A DNA stretch of 64,000 nt from Synergistota bacterium (GCA_021159885.1 JAGHDO010000068.1:16118-80117), one strand, 5' to 3'. Shown: positions 49,879 through 61,091, numbered from the stretch's first letter. Numbers and translations: made by a program. Notes: generated from the letters alone by a model not told the origin.

Positions 49879-51135
49879 TTAGGGCCAGATTCCCCTAACC
49901 TTCATAGCCTCAGCAACTCTCCCTATGGAGAGAACATACGCAGCGGTTCTCATATCTATGTTGTGCTTCTTATGAATGTTGTAAACATCATGGAACGCCT
50001 TGGTCATTATCTTATCGAGCTCCTCGTGAACTCTCTCAACGCTCCACCAGTATCCCATTCTTCCCTGGACCCACTCAAAGTAAGAAACGGTAACACCACC
50101 AGCATTGGTAAGTATATCGGGCAAGCAGATTATACCCTTATCGAATAGAATCTTATCTGCATCCGGGGTCACGGGACCGTTAGCAAGTTCGGATATAACC
50201 TTGGCTCTTATCTTATCGGCATTCTCCTTGGTTATAACGTTCTCGAGAGCTGCGGGCACAAGAACATCAACCTCAAGCTCAAGAAGCTCCTCGTTGGTTA
50301 TCTTGTCAGCATCCTCGTAATTAACGACGGATCCGGTCTTGGTCTTGACCTCCTTCACTTTCTCGTAGTCAAGCCCCCTCGGATTGTAAATGCCACCCTT
50401 GGAGTCGCTGACCGCAACAACTTTCACGCCAAGAAGCTCCGTATAAAGCTTGTGAGCAAAGGAACCAGCATTACCATATCCCTGAATGGCACAGGTAGCG
50501 CCTTCCTTAATGCCAAGGACCTTCATAGCCTCTCTGGTAACGAAAGCTCCGCCTCTCGAGGTCGCATCTCCTCTCCCCTCAGAACCACCAATGATGATCG
50601 GCTTACCGGTGTAAACCCCGGGCTCGCTCCAACCCTTAACCTTCTCATAAGTATCGACGAACCAAGCCATAACCTGAGGATTGGTGTAAACATCAGGTGC
50701 GGGAATATCATAATCAACGCCAACGAAACGGGATATAGCGAGAGAGTAAGCTCTGCTCAACCTTTCAAGCTCGGACTGAGACATCTCCTTAGGATTACAT
50801 GCGATACCGCCCTTCCCGCCACCGTAGGGAATACCAACAGTAGAACACTTCCAAGTCATCCACGCGGAGAGAGCCATAACCTCTTCAAGCGTAACCTCGG
50901 GATGATAGCGAACTCCTCCCTTGTACGGACCGCAGGCGTTGTTATGATGGGAACGATAGGCCTTGAAGACCTTTATCTTACCATCGTCCATTTTAACCGG
51001 TAGGTGCATCACAAGAACCTCTCTTGGATATTTGAGAGCCTCGAAGAGATCATCGCTCACATCCTCAAGATAAGGTCTCGCAGCCTCCATCTGCCTTAGG
51101 ACATTCTCAAATGGATTGGGTTTCTGCTCACACAT
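49879..51135 (-). CDS. gdhA: glutamate dehydrogenase
   Basis: GPYKGGVRYHP, GGGKGG, DIPAPD, QGYGNAG, NAGGVTVSYFEW. Confidence 0.96.
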   Translation of the reverse strand: MCEQKPNPFENVLRQMEAARPYLEDVSDDLFEALKYPREVLVMHLPVKMDDGKIKVFKAYRSHHNNACGPYKGGVRYHPEVTLEEVMALSAWMTWKCSTVGIPYGGGKGGIACNPKEMSQSELERLSRAYSLAISRFVGVDYDIPAPDVYTNPQVMAWFVDTYEKVKGWSEPGVYTGKPIIIGGSEGRGDATSRGGAFVTREAMKVLGIKEGATCAIQGYGNAGSFAHKLYTELLGVKVVAVSDSKGGIYNPRGLDYEKVKEVKTKTGSVVNYEDADKITNEELLELEVDVLVPAALENVITKENADKIRAKVISELANGPVTPDADKILFDKGIICLPDILTNAGGVTVSYFEWVQGRMGYWWSVERVHEELDKIMTKAFHDVYNIHKKHNIDMRTAAYVLSIGRVAEAMKVRGIWP

Positions 51136-51183
51136 ATTTCATCCCTCCCGCAATTTTTTCTTTCTCCTTTTTCTCTCCTCTGC

Positions 51184-51744
51184 TCAACTTAAAGAAGATA
51201 AGGCTTTCTTACCCATTTCGTATCCTATTCCGAAAGCCTCCATGTTCTTCTCCTCCGTTCCCTTGGGAACCCTGTCAAGGATGGCTTTCTTAAACGAATC
51301 CTTGCTAACCACGTTCTCCATTAAGGCACATATTATGCCAAGAGCAAGTATATTGGCGAAGAGAGGCTTACCAAGCTTCTCTATGGTCGTCTTTATTATA
51401 GGCAAGTGAAGGATCTTCCCCTTAACCTGAGGCAGTTTCTGTACAAAGAAGCTATCAGCAACAAGCACTCCCCCCTTCTTAAGATCACCACCATATTTAT
51501 CCGCCGCCTCTTGAGTTAAAACAAGCGTAATATCAGGAGAGGTAACCTTAGGATAGTCTATCTCATGATCGCTTATTACTACCTCAGATCTGCTTGCTCC
51601 TCCCCTTGCCTCCGGGCCATAAGACTGCGTTTGAACTGCATTTTTCCCCTCATAGAGAGCAGCCGCCTCTCCAAGAATTATGCCCGCGAGTATCATGCCT
51701 TGTCCCCCAGAACCGGTAAGCCTTATCTCAAACCGCTCTATCAT
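51184..51744 (-). CDS. korC: 2-oxoacid:ferredoxin oxidoreductase gamma subunit
   Basis: GSGGQG, QSYGPEARGG. Confidence 0.9.
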   Translation of the reverse strand: MIERFEIRLTGSGGQGMILAGIILGEAAALYEGKNAVQTQSYGPEARGGASRSEVVISDHEIDYPKVTSPDITLVLTQEAADKYGGDLKKGGVLVADSFFVQKLPQVKGKILHLPIIKTTIEKLGKPLFANILALGIICALMENVVSKDSFKKAILDRVPKGTEEKNMEAFGIGYEMGKKALSSLS

Positions 51745-52569
51745 CTACGCCCCCTCCCCTCTAATCCGGTTGCGCAGTTCCCCATAAAGCTCCGTATACT
51801 CTGGAGCATCTCTATCGGCGAATTCCCCTATGACTATCTTGTTTTCAAGTTCCTCGGGAGACATCCTCTTTGCTTTTGAGAGAGGAATGCTATTCTCCTT
51901 AAGCCACTGCATCATTTTAACTGCATCTCCTATCTTGTTTCTTCTACCAAACTGCGTTGGACAAGGCGAAACCACTTCCACAAAGGCAAATCCTTTCTTC
52001 TGTATGGCTTTTCTAATATAGCGCTCAACCTGTGCTACATGATAAACCGTCGTTCTCGCAACATAAACGGCACCAGCAGCGGAAGCAAGCTTACAAAGAT
52101 CAAATTGCTGTTCTATAAATCCATAAGGCGCAGTCGTCGCCTTAGCTCCATGAGGCGTAGTTGGAGAGACCTGCCCTCCCGTCATGCCATATATATAGTT
52201 ATTTAAAACGATCGCGGTAATATCGATATTCCTCCTTGCAGCATGTATGAAGTGATTTCCTCCTATCGCAGCGCAATCTCCGTCTCCCATGACCGCTATT
52301 ATCTTAAGATTAGGCTTAGCAAGCTTAACACCAGTAGCAAAAGCGAGAGATCTTCCATGCGTGGTGTGTAGGGTATTAGCGTTAATATAGCCTGGTATTC
52401 TACCAGAACATCCTATTCCAGAAGTAACCATTATATCCTGAGGATTATAGCCAAGAGAATCTATAGCCCTCAGCATCGCGTGAACCGCGATGCCATGCCC
52501 ACATCCCGGACAGAATATATGAGGGAAAAACCTCGTTCTTATAAAACGCATAATGTTCTCGCGCGGCAT
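51745..52569 (-). CDS. korB: 2-oxoacid:ferredoxin oxidoreductase beta subunit
   Basis: CPGCG, GIGC, GDGD..IGGNH, YGMTGGQ. Confidence 0.93.
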   Translation of the reverse strand: MPRENIMRFIRTRFFPHIFCPGCGHGIAVHAMLRAIDSLGYNPQDIMVTSGIGCSGRIPGYINANTLHTTHGRSLAFATGVKLAKPNLKIIAVMGDGDCAAIGGNHFIHAARRNIDITAIVLNNYIYGMTGGQVSPTTPHGAKATTAPYGFIEQQFDLCKLASAAGAVYVARTTVYHVAQVERYIRKAIQKKGFAFVEVVSPCPTQFGRRNKIGDAVKMMQWLKENSIPLSKAKRMSPEELENKIVIGEFADRDAPEYTELYGELRNRIRGEGA

Positions 52570-52571
52570 AG

Positions 52572-53705
52572 CTAAGCTACCTCCTTTATCTTTTCGACTA
52601 TCTGAGAAGGGGTAAGTATATCACTGTCAAGCCTCGTTAAACTATAAACCGGACACCTACCCGCTACTGCCCTTTCGACTTCCCTGACCATTAAGCCTAT
52701 GTTCATTTCTGGGACTATAACCGCCTTAACACTCGAAGCTATCTCTCTTAAAGGCTCATCTGGGAAGGGCCATACTATAATGGGTCTAAAAAGCCCCACC
52801 TTATATCCCTCCTTACGAGCTTCCCTAACCGCCCTCATGGCCGATCGAGCTACGCATCCAAAAGCCACAATTAGAATTTCAGCGTCCTCTACCTCGAACG
52901 TGGAATACCGAGTTAACAAATTCTTTCCTTTCTCAAACTTCCTTAAAAGCCTTAAATTCATAGCCTCTATCTTTTCCGGATCGTTAGTAGGGAAGCCCCA
53001 TTCATTGTGGGTTAACCCAGTCATATGGAAGCAATAACCCTCTCCATAAGCAGCCATGGGAGGAACATCGTCCTCGGGATCCGCGAGATATGGAAGATAT
53101 TTCTCAGGTGGTACTGTCGGTTTCTTTCTGTTAATTACTTTTATTTCGCTCTCATTGGGAAGCTCCACCCTCTCCCTCATATGCCCTACTACCTCATCAC
53201 TCAAAATAACAACGGGAGATCTAAACCTCTCAGCCAAATTAGATGCCTCTATCGTAAAGTCATAACACTCCCTCACAGTAGAGGGAGAAATAGCTATAAG
53301 AGGAAATCCTCCGTGAGTCCCCCACCTCGCCTGCATAAAATCTCCCTGCATAGGTTTAGTTGGTGTTCCCGTGGAAGGCCCGCCTCTCTGAACATCAACC
53401 ACAACGACTGGAATCTCAGCTATTATCGCAAAGCCAAGATTTTCCTGCTTTAACGAGAAACCAGGTCCACTCGTCGCAGTCATGCTCTTCAAGCCCGCGG
53501 TCGAAGCCCCAATCGCAGCAGCCATGCTTCCTATTTCGTCTTCCATCTGAATAAAAGTACCACCAACCTTTGGAAGCTCCGCTGAAAGAATCTCAGCTAT
53601 TTCAGAAGAAGGAGTGATAGGATAGCCCGCAAAAAACCTTATACCCGCCGCAATCGCACCCATTGCTATCGCACGATTTCCTTGCCAGAAGACAACCTTA
53701 CCCAC
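52572..53705 (-). CDS. korA: 2-oxoacid:ferredoxin oxidoreductase alpha subunit
   Basis: YPITPSSE, TSGPGF, QRGGPSTG; GTG start at 53705. Confidence 0.93.
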   Translation of the reverse strand: MGKVVFWQGNRAIAMGAIAAGIRFFAGYPITPSSEIAEILSAELPKVGGTFIQMEDEIGSMAAAIGASTAGLKSMTATSGPGFSLKQENLGFAIIAEIPVVVVDVQRGGPSTGTPTKPMQGDFMQARWGTHGGFPLIAISPSTVRECYDFTIEASNLAERFRSPVVILSDEVVGHMRERVELPNESEIKVINRKKPTVPPEKYLPYLADPEDDVPPMAAYGEGYCFHMTGLTHNEWGFPTNDPEKIEAMNLRLLRKFEKGKNLLTRYSTFEVEDAEILIVAFGCVARSAMRAVREARKEGYKVGLFRPIIVWPFPDEPLREIASSVKAVIVPEMNIGLMVREVERAVAGRCPVYSLTRLDSDILTPSQIVEKIKEVA

Positions 53706-53907
53706 TTTCTCCCGCCTCCTCAACGGTTATAGCAAAATCGGGACAATAGTATTCACACATCTTGCATCCTATACACTTCTCCTGATACTTAACCTCCGCT
53801 TTGAGCCTCTCTCCCAAAATCAAAACCCCTTTAGGACAGAAAGCTATACATATCCCGCATCCCTTACACCACTTCTCGTTTATCTTAACGGAAAATTTCG
53901 CAGCCAA
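53698..53907 (-). CDS. korD: 2x[4Fe-4S] ferredoxin-like delta subunit
   Basis: CKGCGICIAFCP and CIGCKMCEYYCPDFAI. Confidence 0.9.
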   Translation of the reverse strand: MAAKFSVKINEKWCKGCGICIAFCPKGVLILGERLKAEVKYQEKCIGCKMCEYYCPDFAITVEEAGESG

Positions 53908-53953
53908 TCTCCATGCCCCCTTTTTAACAGTAGGTATTATTACCACCTGGCAA

Positions 53954-53982
53954 ATTATACAACCATGCAAGCTAAATTTCAA
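53954..53982 (-). promoter_or_regulatory. promoter of the kor-gdhA operon
   Basis: TTGAAA-N17-TATAAT. Confidence 0.65.
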
Positions 53983-54014
53983 CCCCTGATAGAAGGAAAA
54001 TAAAAAATTTAAAA

Positions 54015-56309
54015 TTATAGCATCGGATCCAATAACACAGCTTTTTTGCTGTATACATCGCGCAAAACCAAAGCAGGAGGATCACTCCCCGCAAAATAGA
54101 AAGCAGTATCATAGAAATTAAGCTCTGTCCTCTCCCCCGTTTCAATGTAAGCCACTTCCCAAGGATAAAATCCCTCAGGAATGGTAAGGCCCTGCCAAGA
54201 AAGCATATTCCCCTCAATGCTCAAAGAGCGCTCCATTGAAATGAGCTCTTCAGGAGTAAAAGGATCCTTAATGACAAGGCTTACCTCATTTACCACACCC
54301 TCACGGCTTTTAAGAAGGAGCTTAAAATACAAGTTAGAGCTAACTGAGGAGCCAAGATAAACCAGATTCCCCAGCTTGATCAAGTTTTGATAAGCAAATT
54401 TTTCAGGAATAACCCAGGTATCACCTCCTTCCTCCTTTGTCAAGTCAATTTTGAGCCCGCTTGGTAAAAGAAGTTTAACGCTCTTAAGCGGAAATCTCTC
54501 TCCTTCCTTAACCCATGCCTCAAGGAGATAAGATGGTTCGCTCAAATCCAAGAGCTTAACTTCCCAAAACTTCAAATGAGTCTCTGCTATTCTTTCATTT
54601 CCCTTAAGTAGCCATTTCCCTTCTCTCTTGCCAAAAAGCATATGGTATATCTGCTTATGCATATACCCCCCAGAGCTTTCATACTCTACAAGGACATCGC
54701 CCTCCGCTTCAGCACCACCGGAAAGGAAAAAATTATCCTCTAAAAGCTCAATACTTTCTATCCTTCTCCAATTGAGTTGATCAAAGAAGTCATCCTTAAC
54801 CATGCCATTAAATAGAAAATCCTCCGTGAGATAAGAATCCAATCTCTCCTTGCTCCCAGAGTTATAACCTTCCTTAAGCCTCTCAAGAAGGGAGTTTATG
54901 CTCCTAAAAGCCTCTTCGGCCTCACCTCTTCCAACCGAAATTATCAAAGTATCAACAGGAGTAAAGAAGCTTCCTCCGAAGAGCATCTCTCTCAGTATCC
55001 AACTTGCAGGATAACGATCTATACTCGATGCTATTTCCCTGCCCGCTCCTACAAAAAACCTCCCAAGATATGAAAAGATACCATCATTGGGGAGAGAAAG
55101 ATAAAGAAGATTAACAAGCATGGAATAAAGGTCATTTAACCGCGGATCGTGAGGAGAAGTTAGAACAGCATTTTTCAAAGCTTCATAGGTTAGCTTTATA
55201 TCGTCCTCCCTATTAAAGAGGCTTTCCACAACGCCATTTGTATCGATCCCAAAAGCGTTCAAGAAGGAAACGACGTAATTAACGAGATTCAGATCAAAAC
55301 CCTTAAAGTGGATTTCAGAAAGCGAAGGATTATCATCAATGAAGGAAAGCTCATCAAATTGAGAAGATGTTCCCTCTCCAAAGGGAAGATCAAAGGATCC
55401 TGAAGATAATCTCAGAAGATAGAGAGCGGGCGAATTAGAATCGATGGTGAAAATCTCATTAAGCCCTGAGATCTCAAATGATCGCTTTGAAGTGAAGAAG
55501 CCTAAAGTAGAAGTTATCGAAAAATTAATACAGCTGTTTTTCACCCCTCCGGAAAGGATCTCTTGAGGAATGGCCTCTATACCAAAAACCCCACAAAAGC
55601 ATAAAGAGCTACCCGTGGGCTGAAGTGAGATAAGGTAATCACTTCCTATAAGTGAAACCTCCACCTTAAAGTGATAGGGAAAGCCAAATTCAAAAGATCG
55701 CTCGTCGAGAGATCCCCCAGAGAGAGGAAGAGAGACAATAGCTGGCTCTGATGAAGTGGGTTTCCCATCCAGTGAGCTTTCTGAAGGAAAAACTTCTTCA
55801 GGTAAGCTCATAAAAGCACTAATATAGTAGGAAGAAAACTCGCTTCTTTCAAGGTAATCATCCACAGGAGAAACCTCTGAAATGAAATCTGAAAGCGGAG
55901 AAGCATTTTTCATAGAGTTAAGTCTTCTTCTCGCCAGGCTAGGATCAGACTCAAAGACGCCAGGAAAGAGAAAAAGCAGGGTCTTCGCGGTCTCCACCGG
56001 ACTCAGATAAACCACTTCATCACTTGGAGTAGCAATCGTTAGAAACCAGCTACCCGAAGGAAGCAAAGCTCCTATCAAACTTAAGCCCTTTTTCCTAACC
56101 TTGACTTCAAAGAGATCCGATTTCGGTGTAAAGACGCTACCATCCACATTTCTGACCTCAATCTGACTCAAGCTAATCCCAGCGGGCAATATTATGCGTG
56201 CCGTTTTTTGGAGAGTATCAGGAGTTTTAATTTCCTGATACTCTTCGCACGCACATAGATATACAGAAATAAAAAGAAAAGCAATCAAAACTTTATTCCT
56301 TAAGATCAC
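54015..56309 (-). CDS. large hypothetical lipoprotein
   Basis: Signal peptide with LCAC lipobox; possible NTF2/SnoaL-like segment (..LTEDF..GKWLL). Confidence 0.65.
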   Translation of the reverse strand: MILRNKVLIAFLFISVYLCACEEYQEIKTPDTLQKTARIILPAGISLSQIEVRNVDGSVFTPKSDLFEVKVRKKGLSLIGALLPSGSWFLTIATPSDEVVYLSPVETAKTLLFLFPGVFESDPSLARRRLNSMKNASPLSDFISEVSPVDDYLERSEFSSYYISAFMSLPEEVFPSESSLDGKPTSSEPAIVSLPLSGGSLDERSFEFGFPYHFKVEVSLIGSDYLISLQPTGSSLCFCGVFGIEAIPQEILSGGVKNSCINFSITSTLGFFTSKRSFEISGLNEIFTIDSNSPALYLLRLSSGSFDLPFGEGTSSQFDELSFIDDNPSLSEIHFKGFDLNLVNYVVSFLNAFGIDTNGVVESLFNREDDIKLTYEALKNAVLTSPHDPRLNDLYSMLVNLLYLSLPNDGIFSYLGRFFVGAGREIASSIDRYPASWILREMLFGGSFFTPVDTLIISVGRGEAEEAFRSINSLLERLKEGYNSGSKERLDSYLTEDFLFNGMVKDDFFDQLNWRRIESIELLEDNFFLSGGAEAEGDVLVEYESSGGYMHKQIYHMLFGKREGKWLLKGNERIAETHLKFWEVKLLDLSEPSYLLEAWVKEGERFPLKSVKLLLPSGLKIDLTKEEGGDTWVIPEKFAYQNLIKLGNLVYLGSSVSSNLYFKLLLKSREGVVNEVSLVIKDPFTPEELISMERSLSIEGNMLSWQGLTIPEGFYPWEVAYIETGERTELNFYDTAFYFAGSDPPALVLRDVYSKKAVLLDPML

Positions 56310-57573
56310 CTGGTATTATCTCCTCTAATGGCTTTTCAAACTTATAGATTATGGGATAGTCGAGATCCTTAGCCCACGCCTTTCCCTCTTCCTCATAAAA
56401 TTCCACTTTAACTTCCTTAACTGCATCTTTAGCAACCACCTTACAGAAAAGCTTAGCATTTGAAGGCAGGTTACCTTTATAAATCGCCTCCTTAGCCTCT
56501 ATTTCTGAAAGAGAACGCGCTATTTTATCGGCATTTTTAGCCCCAACCCACTTGTCTTTCTCCTGCTTTATGGATATTTTCTTACCATCAGGGAAGATAA
56601 CGCTTATCTCGGTTAAAGAGTAATAATTGCTTCTTAAGGGACGCTTATCAAGAAGCTGATTAACCGAAGAAATCCTAAGATCCTTGGGGAAATATCTTCC
56701 AAACTTATAAACGCTGTTTGCCCCCTTGACCATTCCCCAGACGTAATCTCCATCCTTGCTCCAGCTATAAAGTACATCATACTTCTTTCCTTCCTTCGTT
56801 TTAAGCTCTACCACAAGCTGCGGAGAGTCTAAGCCAAACTTCTTGAGATTCTTAGGATTATCGATGATCTTATCAGCTTTTCCCTCAACTATATCCCACA
56901 ATATATCGGTTAGCTTATCCTGATCCACAGGAAGGCGGGCAGGATAGATCATGTCCCACAAACTCTCCTTATTCCTCTTGAACGAGAATTTTCTATCATC
57001 CTTAGCATAGCTCATCGTAAAGCTTTCTATGGAAATGGTATTCTCAACAAGCATATCCTTCTGCCTTAAAGCAAATAGATCCTTATTCAGCTCCTTGAAC
57101 ACATAAGGAGCAACGAGGTATATAGCAGTCTTGCTTTTAAGCTTGAGATATCTTTCCGCGGTTATCGGGTTTTCCTTACCAAATAGCAGAGTTATTTTCT
57201 TTCCTTTTTTATTCTCAACGGTGAATATCATCGCTGGGTCGTCAAGCCCATATTCCTTAAGATCTCCAGAATCAGCGACTTTTTCCTTCGTAGCATTTTT
57301 CAAAGCACTAAACATAAGCATGATCGTCGTATCATCCGCACCCGTTTTAACCGGAGAAGCGATTTCCCAAGTATCTTTCCCCTTCCTTACAACCTTAACA
57401 TCAAGATTCTTAGATTCTATCTTCAACTCAAAAGCTGATATCTCCTCGCTTTTCCAAGGGAGAAGTTTAGATTCCTCCTTTTTCTTTCTCTCAGACGGTA
57501 TATCAAAAACAAATATATAGGTTAAAAGGGAGGCAAGTATAATGGTTAAAATCAGCGTGCTTCTCCTCATCAC
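56293..57573 (-). CDS. DUF4340-family protein
   Basis: N-terminal TM; repeated W.I..P....D and YGLDDP/FGLDSP units. Confidence 0.8.
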   Translation of the reverse strand: MMRRSTLILTIILASLLTYIFVFDIPSERKKKEESKLLPWKSEEISAFELKIESKNLDVKVVRKGKDTWEIASPVKTGADDTTIMLMFSALKNATKEKVADSGDLKEYGLDDPAMIFTVENKKGKKITLLFGKENPITAERYLKLKSKTAIYLVAPYVFKELNKDLFALRQKDMLVENTISIESFTMSYAKDDRKFSFKRNKESLWDMIYPARLPVDQDKLTDILWDIVEGKADKIIDNPKNLKKFGLDSPQLVVELKTKEGKKYDVLYSWSKDGDYVWGMVKGANSVYKFGRYFPKDLRISSVNQLLDKRPLRSNYYSLTEISVIFPDGKKISIKQEKDKWVGAKNADKIARSLSEIEAKEAIYKGNLPSNAKLFCKVVAKDAVKEVKVEFYEEEGKAWAKDLDYPIIYKFEKPLEEIIPGDLKE

Positions 57574-58880
57574 AATCTCCTCCTTCTAATCCAAGCGATA
57601 CCACCAAGCAGGAACAGAGCTCCAGGAATTCCAACGAGAGAGAGCCAGAAATTGAGTCTCCCAAGCCACGAGGGTATTATAAAGAGCGTATACTTTCCTT
57701 TGCCTATGGGGAGCTGAACCAGCTTTCTCTCCTTGGAAAGATAAAAGACAAACTTTTCCACTAAATCTCCGTTCCCGGAAACTCTAAAGTAAGCGTTTCT
57801 CAAGAAATCGCTATCACCTATTATTATCGCTTCACTCCCCTTATTCTCACTCTTTACAAGATAGGAGATCGTCAATGGTCCCTTTATATCAATTCCCTTG
57901 TCAAACTTTATAGCTTTAGTTTTTGGGGTGATGCCCATTTCAAGCCAGCTTGTTGGTCCCGTCTTAAGCAGAGCTATATCCTTAAGCTTTCCTTTCTCCT
58001 TCCTTAAAGCAGTAGTTATAGGGAAAAAGGTAGCAAGATTGAACTCAGACAACACGTCATTAGCCGGATATCGAATGATAACAGGAGTTAAGGCATTGCT
58101 ACCAAAAGCTTTTGCAAGAGGATCTATAACCACTCCATCATAAACGAAGGTCTCAAACAGATCCAGACACCACTTTTTCCAGCTTTTCGGAGAATCATAT
58201 TCCAGCGCGAGAAAAATTTTCCCTCCGTTAAGGAAGTAATCCCTAAGCGCATTAAGTTCTACCGGTAGAGGTTCCCTTTTGGGAGCGACTATAACCACGC
58301 AAGAGGCATCAGGAGGAACCTTACCCTTTAGAAGAAGATTCAACCCCTTGGGCTCAAATCCCTTGTCTTTTAAAGCATCTCTAAAAGCAGATATTCCGTG
58401 ATCATCTGGATCATCAAGTCCTGGCTCACCATGTCCCGTTAAGAAATAGATAATCTTTTCTTTTCTCCTCTGAACCTTTATTATCGCATTCGTTAAATTC
58501 TCCTCATCGAGATAATCTATTTTTACCTTGCTCTTCCCCTGAATAACCACAACTTGACCGAAGGAATCCACTCCATACTTTTTCGCCTTAAGCGGCTGCT
58601 TACTCGCATCAATTACAAAGTAATCTATCTTAGGGCAATAGTACTTATAAGTTTCCAAAAGCGTTCTGTATCTTTCCATATCATCGCGCGCTGGAAAGGC
58701 AAATATTTCTATCCTGTCCCTAACCCCTCTTAAAACCTTTATGGTTTCCTTATCAAGCGTATTATCCTTCCAAAGGGTTAGGTCCCACCTGTAATAGTGC
58801 CTATCGACGATAAAGTTTATAGATATAAGTATGCCGAGAATCAACAGAAAGTTCACAATGAGGGTTTTTCTATCGGTCAT
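57570..58880 (-). CDS. GldG-like ABC auxiliary protein (GIFT domain)
   Basis: RWDLT, IYFLTGHGE, GDSDF, C-terminal TM plus RRRR. Confidence 0.85.
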   Translation of the reverse strand: MTDRKTLIVNFLLILGILISINFIVDRHYYRWDLTLWKDNTLDKETIKVLRGVRDRIEIFAFPARDDMERYRTLLETYKYYCPKIDYFVIDASKQPLKAKKYGVDSFGQVVVIQGKSKVKIDYLDEENLTNAIIKVQRRKEKIIYFLTGHGEPGLDDPDDHGISAFRDALKDKGFEPKGLNLLLKGKVPPDASCVVIVAPKREPLPVELNALRDYFLNGGKIFLALEYDSPKSWKKWCLDLFETFVYDGVVIDPLAKAFGSNALTPVIIRYPANDVLSEFNLATFFPITTALRKEKGKLKDIALLKTGPTSWLEMGITPKTKAIKFDKGIDIKGPLTISYLVKSENKGSEAIIIGDSDFLRNAYFRVSGNGDLVEKFVFYLSKERKLVQLPIGKGKYTLFIIPSWLGRLNFWLSLVGIPGALFLLGGIAWIRRRRL

Positions 58881-59642
58881 CTACTTCCACCTCCTCGACG
58901 AAAGAGAGATAACGGATAGGTAAAGAAAGAAGACCGTCAAACTTAGGAAGAACGCCACATCTCTGAGATCGATAACCCCCTGCGAGAAGTGTCTGACTCT
59001 ACTGAAGATAGCGAGCTTTTCAAGTATTTTACCTACTATTGGAGAGGTAGCTCCGAAGTTGGAAGCAGCCCAATTAACGAACCATAGCAGTATCAATATA
59101 GCGAAGGAGAGCATAGAAGCGGTAGCCTGCCTTCTCGTGAGAGAAGCAGCAAACACTCCTGCCGCTATAAAAGCCGCTCCTGCAAGGAACATCCCTATGT
59201 ATCCTGAAACAATTAATCCCAGATCAAGCTTTCCCGCCCTACTTAAGGTTATAGGCATATAAAGCAGTATAGCTAAGACGATAAGGTAAACCACATAAGA
59301 AGCGAGGAATTTTCCCATAACTATCTGAAAATCCGTTAGAGGAGATGTCAATAGGAGTTCGAACGTCCCAGAGGATTCCTCCTCTGGAAAGCTTCGCATC
59401 GTCAGCACAGGGACGAGAAAGATCAGAAGAAATAAAACATCCTGAAAAACAGGATAAAATATGAACTTTGTTGAGTTAAAGCTAAAGCCTCCCCATCTTG
59501 AAAGCTGAAGGATATAATAAGCAAGCACATTTATGTAGAGATACCCAATTACGAGCAAGAACGCTCCTATAAGAGTGTAAGCCAAGGGAGAAAACAAATA
59601 GATTTTCAGATCTTTCTTAAATATTGAAATAACTCCTCTCAT
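58881..59642 (-). CDS. ABC-2 permease (GldF-like)
   Basis: SPLAY, LTMRSF.EE..SGT.ELLLTSP, GKFLA. Confidence 0.88.
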   Translation of the reverse strand: MRGVISIFKKDLKIYLFSPLAYTLIGAFLLVIGYLYINVLAYYILQLSRWGGFSFNSTKFIFYPVFQDVLFLLIFLVPVLTMRSFPEEESSGTFELLLTSPLTDFQIVMGKFLASYVVYLIVLAILLYMPITLSRAGKLDLGLIVSGYIGMFLAGAAFIAAGVFAASLTRRQATASMLSFAILILLWFVNWAASNFGATSPIVGKILEKLAIFSRVRHFSQGVIDLRDVAFFLSLTVFFLYLSVISLSSRRWK

Positions 59643-60586
59643 GATGCCTCAGCCTCCTCCTCGGTAACAAGCTCAAGGAAAACTTCTTCCAAAGTCATGG
59701 TAACGGGCTTAAGCTCGAGCAATCCAGCCCCAGCGCTAACTATAACACGCGCTATATCTTCCCGCAGGTCAAGATTTTGCGGATATTCCACGAGTATGGA
59801 ACCATCCCCAGATGGAGAAACGCTTATGATACTTGGAAGTTTTTTAAGCTCCTCTACAACCTTATCAACATAGCGTGCTACCTTAACCTCCACCTTCTTT
59901 GAGGGCCTTAAGCGTGCCTCAAGTCCCTCAAGCGTATCCTCAGCAACTATCCTACCTCCGCTTACAATTATTACTCTGTCGCACGTAGCAGTAACCTCAG
60001 GAAGAATATGCGTTGAAAGTATAACCGTGTGCTTGCCACGCAGAGACTTTATTAACGATCTTACTTCCGCTATCTGAACCGCGTCAAGTCCACTCGTTGG
60101 CTCATCGAGTATAAGAAGATCTGGATCAGAGATTAAAGCCTGAGCTAAGGCCACTCTTTGCCTGTATCCGCGTGAGAGGTTCCCAACCAATCTGCCGTAA
60201 ACATCTTTCAAACCGCAGTAATCGATAACCTCAGATAGTCTCTCCTTTCTAAGCTTCTTAGGTACCCCTTTTATCTCCATCACAAACTTCAGATACTCCT
60301 TAACAGTAAGCTCTTTGTAAAGCGGTGGATTTTCAGGAAGATAACCAATCCGCTTCTTAACCTCAAGAGGATTTTCAACAACATCATAACCGGCTACCCG
60401 GACCCTCCCCGCAGAGGGAGGGAGGTAGCCGGTTATTATCCTCATTGTGGTCGTCTTACCCGCGCCGTTAGGTCCGAGAAAGCCAAGTATTTCCCCTTCT
60501 TTAACCGTAAACGATACATCCCTCAAGACCCATCTACCGTGAAACTCCCTGCCAACCTCCTCAACCTCTACCAATGCGTTGCTCAC
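59639..60586 (-). CDS. ABC ATP-binding protein (GldA-like)
   Basis: [30 protein letters not shown]. Confidence 0.92.
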   Translation of the reverse strand: MSNALVEVEEVGREFHGRWVLRDVSFTVKEGEILGFLGPNGAGKTTTMRIITGYLPPSAGRVRVAGYDVVENPLEVKKRIGYLPENPPLYKELTVKEYLKFVMEIKGVPKKLRKERLSEVIDYCGLKDVYGRLVGNLSRGYRQRVALAQALISDPDLLILDEPTSGLDAVQIAEVRSLIKSLRGKHTVILSTHILPEVTATCDRVIIVSGGRIVAEDTLEGLEARLRPSKKVEVKVARYVDKVVEELKKLPSIISVSPSGDGSILVEYPQNLDLREDIARVIVSAGAGLLELKPVTMTLEEVFLELVTEEEAEAS

Positions 60587-61074
60587 CCCCTCTTATACTT
60601 CGTCACCTCTCTTAAAAAGCGCTTCCTTTTCTCTATGTCTTCTTCCCCTTCCACCTCCTTGCTTGCAAACCCGTCTATAACTCCAATTATACCTCTACCC
60701 TGCTCGGTCTCGGCTATGATAACCTCAAGGGGGTTAGCGGTAGCGGTAAATATCCTGCAAACTTCCTGGCAGTTCTTTATAGCGTTTAAAACATTTATCG
60801 GATAGCCTTCCTTAAGTAGAATAACGAATGCATGTCCGGCGCTTAGCTTCTTAGCGTTCTCTATAGCGACCTTCTTAAGCTCCTCATCGTTCCCATCATG
60901 CCTTATAAGGCAGGGACCCGATGCTTCGCAAAAAGCTATACCAAACTTAAGGTGGGGAGAACTGGTTATGAGGATTTCATAAAGGTCCTCAACTGTCTTT
61001 ATAAAGTGACTGTGACCAAGTATTATATTGCACCCCTCTGGAATCTCCATTTGGACAACCTCAAACTTGACCAA
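60583..61074 (-). CDS. adenosine-specific kinase family (DUF355) protein
   Basis: [31 protein letters not shown]. Confidence 0.85.
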   Translation of the reverse strand: MVKFEVVQMEIPEGCNIILGHSHFIKTVEDLYEILITSSPHLKFGIAFCEASGPCLIRHDGNDEELKKVAIENAKKLSAGHAFVILLKEGYPINVLNAIKNCQEVCRIFTATANPLEVIIAETEQGRGIIGVIDGFASKEVEGEEDIEKRKRFLREVTKYKRG

Positions 61075-61091
61075 TAAGATTCACCTCTCTC

